From an uncultured delta proteobacterium (GTDB lineage Bacteria; Myxococcota_A; Polyangia; Polyangiales; Polyangiaceae), in assembly GCA_963841435.1 (NCBI GenBank), contig CAWJCS010000004.1, positions 608,001-672,000 of the forward strand: DNA of 64,000 nt. Direction: 5' to 3'. The position numbers were made by a program, and so were the translations under genes. This document shows positions 1-7,915 of the stretch, piece by piece. A model generated the notes under the pieces. That model had not been told where the DNA came from and did no database searches. It was given only the letters and a program-made list of their open reading frames with translations. Position 1 is the stretch's first letter. The number at the start of each line of letters is the position of its first letter.

Positions 1-366
1 TCGTCCGCTCGCCTGGGCGACGAGCAGGTGCAACATGCGCCTGAGCTCCACTTCCTCGCCGAACACTTCCGTGCCGGCACCCGGTTCGATGGCGACGCGC
101 GCTCCCGGCGCGATTTCCACGAGCAGTGACGCGAGGTCGATGCGCCCGCGGCGCGCCTTGCCACGCCCGCCCACGTTGAGCGCGCTCAGCATCTCGATCG
201 TGTCGTCCAGCGCGTCGAGGGTGGTCTCGACCGGCGGCGCGATCTGCCTCGCATCGCTCGGCGCGCGAAGCTGGTCCACCTCCGTCCTTAGTGCCTTCGC
301 TGCGCCGCGGGCCTCCTGGGCAAGCAACCAGCTGATTTCATGGCGGGTGAGCCTCTCCAGCGGCAC
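1..366 (-). CDS. 5' part of a sensor-kinase/HATPase-like protein, runs off the window start (not in ORF track)
   Basis: Manual translation from GTG 366: MPLERLTRHEISWLLAQEARGAAKALR...RRGRIDLASLLVEIAPG...VFGEEVELRRMLHLLV, open to the edge. The last segment resembles a degenerate HATPase N-box. Confidence 0.5.
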   Translation of the reverse strand, partial: MPLERLTRHEISWLLAQEARGAAKALRTEVDQLRAPSDARQIAPPVETTLDALDDTIEMLSALNVGGRGKARRGRIDLASLLVEIAPGARVAIEPGAGTEVFGEEVELRRMLHLLVAQASGR

Positions 367-450
367 GCTTCCCGCATCTTGCCACGCTCCATTGCCGGTT
401 GCTACGCGGTCGTTGCCCCGAGGGGCCGGGTTTGGTGGCAGATTCGAGGC

Positions 451-2598
451 GTGACGCGACTCGCGATCGTGGTGGTGCTCCTCGCGGGGGCGATCGCCTT
501 CTCTTGCGGTAACGCCGCCGGGCCGGACCCCTTCGGAGCCGATTCCGGCGTGCGGGCCGGTCAGGGCGGCGAAGGTGGGATAGGGGGCGAGGGGGCCGCA
601 CCCGAAGGGGGCGCACCACCCGATCTGGGCGGCGCCTGTCTCGACGACCAGCAGTGCGACGACGGCCTCGCCTGCACGAAGGACTCCTGTGACGACCGCT
701 TCGAACGTTGCCGCCACGAGCCCGACGACGCGGCGTGCGACGACGGTGTCTATTGCAACGGCGTCGAGACCTGCGACGTAGCGCTCGGCTGCCGCGCGGG
801 TCCGGTGATCGCCTGCTCCGATTCCGACACTTGCACGATCGACGTGTGCGTCGAGGAGAGCCAGAGCTGCCGCCACGAACCGCGTGACGCCGACGGCGAC
901 GGTGACCCGGCGTTGAGCTGTGCCGGCGGCGATTGCGACGACACCGATCCGTTGATCTCGAGCGCCGCCTCGGAGCGATGCGACAACGGTCGTGACGACG
1001 ACTGCGATGGCGAGGTGGACGAGAACGACTGCGTGAGTCCAGCGTACGATCGCTGTGGTGACGCCCTCGAGGTCGAGGTGACCGGATCGTTTTCGCTGTC
1101 GACCGCCGGAGCGGCGCGCGACTTCTCGCTGTCGTGTGCAGCCGAAGATTCGTTTCGCGATCTCGTGATTGCCGTGATCGTACCGGACGGCGACCCTGTC
1201 GACATCGATGTCGTCGCACGGGCCGACGCCGGGAGCGTCGCGCTCGCGGCCACCGAACGCTGCGGCGACGAATCGGCGGAGACCGCGTGCACGCTGGGCC
1301 CTGGCACGAGCTCCCACGGGGGCACTACGCGCCTCCTTTTGCGCGCCGCCGAGCCTGGCGCCCACGCCGTATTGCTCGCCGTTGACGCGGAGACGGACGT
1401 TGCCGTTCGCGTGACGCTGCGTGAGCCATCCGTCGATCCCGGAAACGCGACCTGCGGCACCGCCTTGCCACTCTCACCCGGGATTCCCGTGCGGAGCGTG
1501 CTTGCGGACACGACCGATCCTGCGCCGAGCGCCTGCGAGGCGGTGACGACCGCGCGCTTCTATTCGTTCACGCTGGACGCGCCGCGCGACGTACACCTCA
1601 GGGCGGCCTCGCTCGATTCGTTCGGGGCGCCCGTGGTGTCCCTGCGCGACGCGGGCTGCAGCGAGCTCGACGACGAGCTCACCTGTCGCAGCACCGATCC
1701 TTCCGACCTTTTCGCACGGGCGCTGCCCGCCGGGTCGTACGTCGTCGCCCTGGCCGGCAAGGGGCCGAGCGAGGTCGAGCTCGTGCTCTCTCTCCTCGAC
1801 CCGACTAAAGCTCCACCGGGCGAAGGCTGCGGCGATGCGCCCGAGATTGCGGCTGGTGTCACGGCGCTCGTGGAGCTCGGCCAGCGTACCGACGCCGTGC
1901 ACATCGGGTGCCTTGCGGGCGCGCCGGATGCAAGCTTCGAGCTCGCACTTCCGGAGCGCTCCGACGTGATGCTCGTCGCGCGCGGCTCGGACGGCGATAC
2001 GATTGCCGCACTCTTGAGCGAGCCCGAGTGTGCGCGAGCGACCGACGTTCTCGCGTGCGAAGCGTCGGAAGCCTGGCCGCTGCGGAGCGTCGCGCACGGC
2101 GTCGCGAAGGGCAGCGTGCGCGCCGTCGTCGAAGCCCAGGCCGGCACGCCGGTGAGCCTGACGGCGCTCACGAGGCCGGCGCAAAACACCGAGATCGTGC
2201 TCCAGTCGGACGAGTGCGACGGCGCCGCCAGCGTGCCCCCGACGGGGGGACGCTTCGAGGGGACCACGGCCAATGCCTACGCGGATTACTCGGCAAGCTG
2301 CGACTACGGGGGTCAGCCCGCGGGAGGCGCGCCCGACCAAGTGCTGCGTTTCGATCTGCCCGAGCGGCGGCGCGTCGTCTTCGACATGCAGGGCTCGAGC
2401 TACGACACGCTGCTCGTGGTGCGTCACGACGACGGTTGTCCGGGGACGGAGGTCTCCGGAGCGTGCTCGGCGGGCTACCGAGACGGCCGTAGCTTCTTGG
2501 ATCTCGTGCTCGATGCAGGCGCCTATCAGCTGCAGATCGACGGGTACAACGGGGACAAGGGCAAGTGGGCGCTCGAGGTCTTCACGGGCGAGCCTTGA
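451..2598 (+). CDS. Cys-rich lipoprotein with MopE-like metal-binding repeat and several PPC-like beta domains
   Basis: ORF 340..2598, likely start GTG 451 with signal/lipobox (LAGAIAFSC); CDDGLACTKDSCD repeats; DADGDG..GGDCDD..P....ERCDNGRDDDCDG motif; C-terminal YDTLLVVR...GAYQLQIDGY. Confidence 0.7.
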   Translation: MTRLAIVVVLLAGAIAFSCGNAAGPDPFGADSGVRAGQGGEGGIGGEGAAPEGGAPPDLGGACLDDQQCDDGLACTKDSCDDRFERCRHEPDDAACDDGVYCNGVETCDVALGCRAGPVIACSDSDTCTIDVCVEESQSCRHEPRDADGDGDPALSCAGGDCDDTDPLISSAASERCDNGRDDDCDGEVDENDCVSPAYDRCGDALEVEVTGSFSLSTAGAARDFSLSCAAEDSFRDLVIAVIVPDGDPVDIDVVARADAGSVALAATERCGDESAETACTLGPGTSSHGGTTRLLLRAAEPGAHAVLLAVDAETDVAVRVTLREPSVDPGNATCGTALPLSPGIPVRSVLADTTDPAPSACEAVTTARFYSFTLDAPRDVHLRAASLDSFGAPVVSLRDAGCSELDDELTCRSTDPSDLFARALPAGSYVVALAGKGPSEVELVLSLLDPTKAPPGEGCGDAPEIAAGVTALVELGQRTDAVHIGCLAGAPDASFELALPERSDVMLVARGSDGDTIAALLSEPECARATDVLACEASEAWPLRSVAHGVAKGSVRAVVEAQAGTPVSLTALTRPAQNTEIVLQSDECDGAASVPPTGGRFEGTTANAYADYSASCDYGGQPAGGAPDQVLRFDLPERRRVVFDMQGSSYDTLLVVRHDDGCPGTEVSGACSAGYRDGRSFLDLVLDAGAYQLQIDGYNGDKGKWALEVFTGEP

Positions 2599-2650
2599 CC
2601 CGCGCGCGCGCTTGCGTCGCACCCGAGGGCACTGGCAGAGTGGACGTTGC

Positions 2651-4609
2651 GTGACCCGTGTTTCGTCACTGCCTCCGTCGTCCCTGAGCGGTAACGCGTT
2701 CGCTTCGGACGTGCAGCCGGGCGTGCGCTACGTGCTCGAGCGCCACGTGGGCGAGGGCGGCATGGGACGGGCGTACCTCGCGCGGCGCGAGAGCCCGGAC
2801 GGCGCCGTGCCCGTGGTGGTGAAGGTCGTCGACCCGAGCTTCGGCGACGGGACCGTTTCCGCAGAGCTCGTCGCCCAGAAGGAGGCGGTAGCGCTCGGAC
2901 GGCTGAACGAGCGCGTGCCGCCCTGTCCGTTCGTGGTGCGCTTCATCGATACGGGCCGTGCGCACATCGGCGGTCGCCTCGCACCGTGGATTGCGCTCGA
3001 GTACGTGCACGGCGGCGTCGAGGGGACGACGCTCGAGGATCGCGTGCTCTACTCGATCCACCAAACCGAGTACGCGTTCGACCCGATCCGCGCCACGCAC
3101 GCCATTCGCTGCCTCGCGGCGGGCCTCTCGGCCATCCACGGCGTGGGGGTCATTCATCGCGACCTCACACCTGGCAACGTTCTGTGCTGCGGTTTCGGCG
3201 AGACCGAGATCTTCAAGATCTCCGATTTCGGTTTGGCTCGCCCCGTGGGGCTCGGCCGGACCTTCGCGGGGCTCGGCATCGGCACCGTGGGCTATGCGGC
3301 TCCCGAGCAGAGCGTGCAGGGGGAATCGCAGGTTGGCCCTTTTACCGACATTTTCGCGCTCGCCTGCGTCATCTTCTACGTGTTGACGGGCGAGCACCTG
3401 TTCGACGGAACCTCGCCCGTCGAAGTGTACGGAGCCATCAAGGAGAAGGCTCGACGTAGTGTCCTCGCGACGGCGGGCCTCTACCCGGACCTCAGGGCGC
3501 GTCCGGACGCCGTGCGTGCGCTCGACGCCGCGCTCGCGCGCGCGACCGCGTTCGACCCGGAGCAGCGCCCCGAGAGCGCCGAGGAGCTCGCGGCCGCCGT
3601 GCTGCCCTGGCTCGGCGAAAACGTCTCGGTGCCGCGTTCGAGCCGTCGACTGATCCAGACGATGCTCGGCGTGCCGCCGCCGTCGGACCTCTCCTCCTGG
3701 AGTTGGATCATCCGCCATCGGCCGCGTGACGACCTCATGATCCAGAGTGCGGCCTGGGACACCGATGGCCACTGTTTCGCGTTCACGCCCCGAGGCCCCG
3801 TGTTCTGGAACGGACAGGCACTCATCGGTGCGGCCGCCACGTTGCAGGAGCTGCCGCGCGGCATGGTGTTCGCACGCCGAGCCGAGGCCGGGGGCTGGCT
3901 CGTCGGCGGCGCGGGCGGGACGCTCGCGCTGTTCGGCAGCGAGGGAGTGCGGGACGTCGCGCAGGCGCCTTTTCAAGGCGTCGAGTTCGTCGACGGCTGC
4001 GGGCGACTCGATGACCTCGTGACCGCCGTCGCACGGCGGTCGGGCGGGGGCCTTTCGCTGTTCGCGATGTGCGGTCGGCGCTGGCTCCGGCCGTTGCCGC
4101 TCGAAGGAGTGCAGTTCGTGACGAGCATCGCGCGCTTCGACGACTCTCGTTTCCTGGTCGTCGGCAGGCTGGCGCGCGGCGTTGCGTTCGCGGCGCTCTA
4201 CACGCCGACGTTGTGGGAGCTCGAGCCGCTGCCGCTGCCGGAGATCCGCTCGCTGATGTGCGCGTCGGGCAATGCCGAGCGCGAGCTTGGTCTGTTCGTC
4301 GGCAGCGAGGGGCTGGCGGTGCGTCTCGATCGGAGCGGAACCCTGGCGTCGCGCGTTCCCGGTGGGCCGGATTCTTCCGCAAGCGCACTGGACGTGCGAG
4401 GCAGGGAATGGGCCTCGAGCCTCGGCACACTGTGGACGCGCGGGCCCGCCCTGGGCGAGGCGTGGCGGGCGGCATGGGCGGAGCCGGCGTGGGGCGCGCC
4501 GTTTTTGAGCTTGATGGCCGACTCGGGGTGGATTGTCGGGCTGACGGTCGACGGTGGCATCGTCGAGGGGCACTCCATCACGGCGCCCAGCAAGAAGGGA
4601 CGCGGCTGA
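2651..4609 (+). CDS. Hanks-type Ser/Thr protein kinase with C-terminal beta-propeller-like region
   Basis: GEGGMGRAY, VVVK, HRDLTPGN, KISDFG, GTVGYAAPE, TDIFAL; start inferred at GTG 2651 inside ORF 2273..4609. Confidence 0.9.
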   Translation: MTRVSSLPPSSLSGNAFASDVQPGVRYVLERHVGEGGMGRAYLARRESPDGAVPVVVKVVDPSFGDGTVSAELVAQKEAVALGRLNERVPPCPFVVRFIDTGRAHIGGRLAPWIALEYVHGGVEGTTLEDRVLYSIHQTEYAFDPIRATHAIRCLAAGLSAIHGVGVIHRDLTPGNVLCCGFGETEIFKISDFGLARPVGLGRTFAGLGIGTVGYAAPEQSVQGESQVGPFTDIFALACVIFYVLTGEHLFDGTSPVEVYGAIKEKARRSVLATAGLYPDLRARPDAVRALDAALARATAFDPEQRPESAEELAAAVLPWLGENVSVPRSSRRLIQTMLGVPPPSDLSSWSWIIRHRPRDDLMIQSAAWDTDGHCFAFTPRGPVFWNGQALIGAAATLQELPRGMVFARRAEAGGWLVGGAGGTLALFGSEGVRDVAQAPFQGVEFVDGCGRLDDLVTAVARRSGGGLSLFAMCGRRWLRPLPLEGVQFVTSIARFDDSRFLVVGRLARGVAFAALYTPTLWELEPLPLPEIRSLMCASGNAERELGLFVGSEGLAVRLDRSGTLASRVPGGPDSSASALDVRGREWASSLGTLWTRGPALGEAWRAAWAEPAWGAPFLSLMADSGWIVGLTVDGGIVEGHSITAPSKKGRG

Positions 4610-4659
4610 GCCGCCGTCGCGCCTTGCGGCCGGCACACGGGAGACTATCCTCTCCCCCC

Positions 4660-5304
4660 ATGGCCGGACGTGGGCTAGCGGCGCTCGTGGCCGTGTGCGT
4701 GCTGTCTGTGGCAGGTGTTGCAGGCGCGAAGGAGGCGCGGCCCTTCACGCCAGGGTCCGTCGGGGACTTGTCCTATGCCGACCAGCGCTCGTTGCTTGCC
4801 GGTCAGATGGTGTCGCGCCCCGTGCGCTTCACGCGCCCCCACGGCGGGCGCTACGTCGGCGGGGTCTCGTACCAGATCGTGCGCGCGACGCCGGCACGGG
4901 TGATCGCCGCGCTGTCCGACGTGCGGTCGTTGCCCCATGCCCTGCCGCGCACGCTGAGCGCCGCGCTCTTGAGCCGCGGCGAGCGCAGCGCGCGCGTGGA
5001 GCTCACGCAGGGAAAGTCTCCGTTTCTCGTCACGTACACCGTGAACCTCGAGCAAGCCGAGGAGGGCGACCTCATCCGATTCTGGCTCGATCACAGTCGG
5101 CCGCACGACGTGCGGGACGTGTGGGGCTACTTCCGGGTCACGGCATTTTCGCATGGCAAGAGCCTCGTCACGGTTGCCGTGGCGCTCGATATCGGTCCGG
5201 GGATCGCGCGGCTCCTGTTCGAAGACCGCGTGGAGCGCATCATCTTGCGGGCGCCCGACAAGATCAGAAGCTTCGTCGAGCCGCGCGCGGTGGCCGGTCG
5301 ATGA
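4660..5304 (+). CDS. Secreted SRPBCC/START (polyketide-cyclase-like) domain protein
   Basis: Signal peptide MAGRGLAALVAVCVLSVAGVAGA; IVRATPARVIAALSDVRSLPHALP and VWGYFRV fit the START-fold pattern. Confidence 0.6.
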   Translation: MAGRGLAALVAVCVLSVAGVAGAKEARPFTPGSVGDLSYADQRSLLAGQMVSRPVRFTRPHGGRYVGGVSYQIVRATPARVIAALSDVRSLPHALPRTLSAALLSRGERSARVELTQGKSPFLVTYTVNLEQAEEGDLIRFWLDHSRPHDVRDVWGYFRVTAFSHGKSLVTVAVALDIGPGIARLLFEDRVERIILRAPDKIRSFVEPRAVAGR

Positions 5305-6239
5305 GCGCTCTTGCTCGGGTTTCCGTCGTCGCGCTCAATACGTACCGCGAGGCGGTGCGAGCCCGTATCCTGCACGGCCTTTTCGCGCTCGCCCTGGCCA
5401 CCGACGGCTACGCGCTCGTGGTCGGCGCCTACGCGAGCCGCAGCCGCATGCGCGTCGTCAGTGACCTCGGCGCCGCGTCGATCTCGCTCTACGCCATCAT
5501 CGTTGCCGTCGTGCTCGGCGCCACCTCGCTCTACCGAGAGCTCGAGCTCAAGACGATCTTCCCCGTGCTCGCCAGGCCCATCGCGCGCAGCGAGTACCTC
5601 GTCGGGAAGCTGCTCGGTACCGTGCTCACGCTATTCGTCTTCGTGCTGGCAAACTCGGGGGCGCTCCTGCTCTCCCTCGCCGTGCTTTCGGGGAAGAATC
5701 CGCTCGAGGGCGCCCTCCTCGCCGTGGTGGTGACCGGAGGCGCCGTCGTGCTCGGGCTCCGGCGCCCGCGCCTCGGAACCTATTTGCCGCTCGTCGTTGC
5801 GGTCGTGCTCGCCGTCGCCGGATTCGCGCTCTCGGGCGGCGCGCCGGACGATCGGCGCGTCGTGGCGGGCTCGGCGGCGCTCACGTTGTGTGAGGTGGTC
5901 GTCGTGACGGCGATCGCCACGCTGTTTTCCGCGTTCTCTTCACCGTTTCTCACCGCCGTACTGACTTTCGGGGTGTTCATCGTGGGTCGTTCTGCCGACG
6001 CGCTCGCCAAGCTACCGGCACGCGTCTTCGGCGAGACCATCCACGAGATCGGCGATGCCGTGAGCAAGGTGGTGCCCAATCTGATGGTGTACGTGCCACC
6101 GCGCCCGCTGCTCACCGGTGAAGCCGCAGGCTCGAACCTGACGAGCTACCTCTTGCTTTCGGCCGGCCAGGCGCTCGCCTGGTGCACTTTCCTCGTCGTC
6201 ATCGCAAGCTTCGTCTTCAAGAAGCGCGACTTTTTGTAG
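5301..6239 (+). CDS. ABC-2 type transporter permease (PilI-like)
   Basis: ATGA overlap with upstream stop; ALNTYREAVRARIL, RELELKTIFPVLARPIARSEYLVGK, C-terminal FKKRDF; multiple TM segments. Confidence 0.8.
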   Translation: MSALARVSVVALNTYREAVRARILHGLFALALATDGYALVVGAYASRSRMRVVSDLGAASISLYAIIVAVVLGATSLYRELELKTIFPVLARPIARSEYLVGKLLGTVLTLFVFVLANSGALLLSLAVLSGKNPLEGALLAVVVTGGAVVLGLRRPRLGTYLPLVVAVVLAVAGFALSGGAPDDRRVVAGSAALTLCEVVVVTAIATLFSAFSSPFLTAVLTFGVFIVGRSADALAKLPARVFGETIHEIGDAVSKVVPNLMVYVPPRPLLTGEAAGSNLTSYLLLSAGQALAWCTFLVVIASFVFKKRDFL

Positions 6240-6246
6240 GTCTGCC

Positions 6247-6894
6247 TTGTCTGTCGGAGTCTGGGTTCGCCGCCTGTCGTACGGCTTCGCCGTGCTCGTG
6301 GTCGCTCTCGCGGTGATGACGTTCCGGGCGGTCCGGGAAGGGGAGGAAGCGCTCGCGGCGAGCGACCGCGCGTTCAACCAGGGCGATCTTGCCGACGCCA
6401 CTTTGCACGCTCGCCGTGCCGCGCTCGCCTACGCGCCCGGCGCTCCGCACACGCGGGCCGCGCTCGCACGACTGCGCGCGATCGCCGTCGGGTCCGAGGG
6501 GGCGGGCGAGCTGGCGACGGCCCGGCTCGCCTGGAGCGCGATTCGTTCGGCGGCGCTCGGTACGCGCCACGTCACCACGCCCTACGCCTCGGAGCTCGAC
6601 GAGGCCAATCGCGCCCTCGAACGCCTCGCGACCCCGACGGACGCCGCGGACCCCTCGGCGCGCTCGCGCGCCGAGGCCGCTGCGCGCCGGGCGCTCGAAA
6701 GGACCCCGGGACCGTCGCCGGGGGCGGTTGGGGGGCTGCTTTTCGGGGCGGCGCTCGCTGCGCTCGGTCTGTGGCTCGTCGCCGCGCGCGGCATCACCCG
6801 TGAGGGCAGGCCCGTCGTGCGGGGGCTCCTGCTCGGTCTCGCCGTGCTCGCGGTCGGTGCCGCTTGTTGGACCTGGGCGGCCTACCGGGCGTAA
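6247..6894 (+). CDS. Hypothetical membrane protein with TPR-like helical region
   Basis: 215-aa ORF, N-terminal TM plus two C-terminal TMs, fills the gap between permease and xerC. Confidence 0.6.
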   Translation: MSVGVWVRRLSYGFAVLVVALAVMTFRAVREGEEALAASDRAFNQGDLADATLHARRAALAYAPGAPHTRAALARLRAIAVGSEGAGELATARLAWSAIRSAALGTRHVTTPYASELDEANRALERLATPTDAADPSARSRAEAAARRALERTPGPSPGAVGGLLFGAALAALGLWLVAARGITREGRPVVRGLLLGLAVLAVGAACWTWAAYRA

Positions 6895-6904
6895 AACAGC
6901 GGCG

Positions 6905-7915
6905 ATGGCTGCCCGCGCGCGCCCTACCGAGGGGGAACCGGAGCCCGCGGTCAACGACGCGCTCTCCCGGCTGGTGCGTCGCTTCGCCGAGCACCTGGCG
7001 AGCGAACGACGGGCCTCCCGCCACACGGTGCTCGCCTACCGCGGTGATCTCGAAAAACTCACCGCGTTCGCTCGTCAGCGCGGCGCCGCCCGCATCGATG
7101 ACATCGACAAGCTGCTTTTGCGCTCGTGGCTCGCCGCGCTCGCGCGCGACGTTTCCCCTACGACGCTCGCTCGCAAGCTTGCGAGCGTGCGCGCTTTCTT
7201 CGGCTGGCTCGAGCGCGAGACCATGCTCAAGAGGAACCCCGCCCACCAGCTTGCGAGCCCCAAGCTGCGCCGCAAGCTGCCGCGCTTTCTGCCGGCGGCC
7301 GCGGCGGGCGAGGTCATGGAAGCTCCCCGCGGCTCCAACGCGAGCGAGATCGAGCGGGTGCGCGACACCGCGCTGCTCGAGGTGCTTTACGGTTCGGGGC
7401 TACGCGTCAGCGAGCTCGTGGGCCTCGATCTCGATCACGTTGCGCTGGAAGAAGGTTTTTTGCGGGTGCTCGGCAAGGGCAACAAGGAACGCATCGTGCC
7501 GATCGGGCGTCTCGCCAAAGAGGCTGTAGAGGGCTACCTCGGCCGACGACCGGAGCTTCGCCACCCGAAGACCGGCGCGCAAGACGTGCGAGCCTTGTTT
7601 CTGTCGCTCCGCGGCTCGCGCCTCGGCGTTCGGCGCGTGCAGACGCTGGTCCAGCACTATGGCGCCATCGGCACGGGCCGTGGAGACCTGCACCCTCACG
7701 CGCTCCGGCACTCCTGCGCGACGCACCTGCTCGAAGGTGGCGCCGATCTGCGTGCCATCCAGGAGCTGCTCGGGCACTCGAGCCTCGCGACGACACAGCG
7801 CTACACGCACGTGTCCATCGACCAGCTTCTCGCGGTTTACGACCGTGCACACCCGCTGGCGCGGAAAGCGGCGCGGCGGGCGGGCCGTCCCCCGGTGCCG
7901 GAGCGCGACGAGTGA
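6905..7915 (+). CDS. xerC: Tyrosine recombinase XerC
   Basis: ASRHTVLAYRGDL, ARKLASVRAFF, YGSGLRVSEL, GKGNKER, HPHALRHSCATHLLEGGADLRAIQELLGHSSLATTQRYTHV. Confidence 0.85.
   Translation: MAARARPTEGEPEPAVNDALSRLVRRFAEHLASERRASRHTVLAYRGDLEKLTAFARQRGAARIDDIDKLLLRSWLAALARDVSPTTLARKLASVRAFFGWLERETMLKRNPAHQLASPKLRRKLPRFLPAAAAGEVMEAPRGSNASEIERVRDTALLEVLYGSGLRVSELVGLDLDHVALEEGFLRVLGKGNKERIVPIGRLAKEAVEGYLGRRPELRHPKTGAQDVRALFLSLRGSRLGVRRVQTLVQHYGAIGTGRGDLHPHALRHSCATHLLEGGADLRAIQELLGHSSLATTQRYTHVSIDQLLAVYDRAHPLARKAARRAGRPPVPERDE

Noticed and set aside
6905-7915. Tyrosine recombinase as a mobile-element integrase
   Set aside because: Sequence is typical chromosomal XerC, tightly packed among host genes, with no att repeats or phage/ICE genes.
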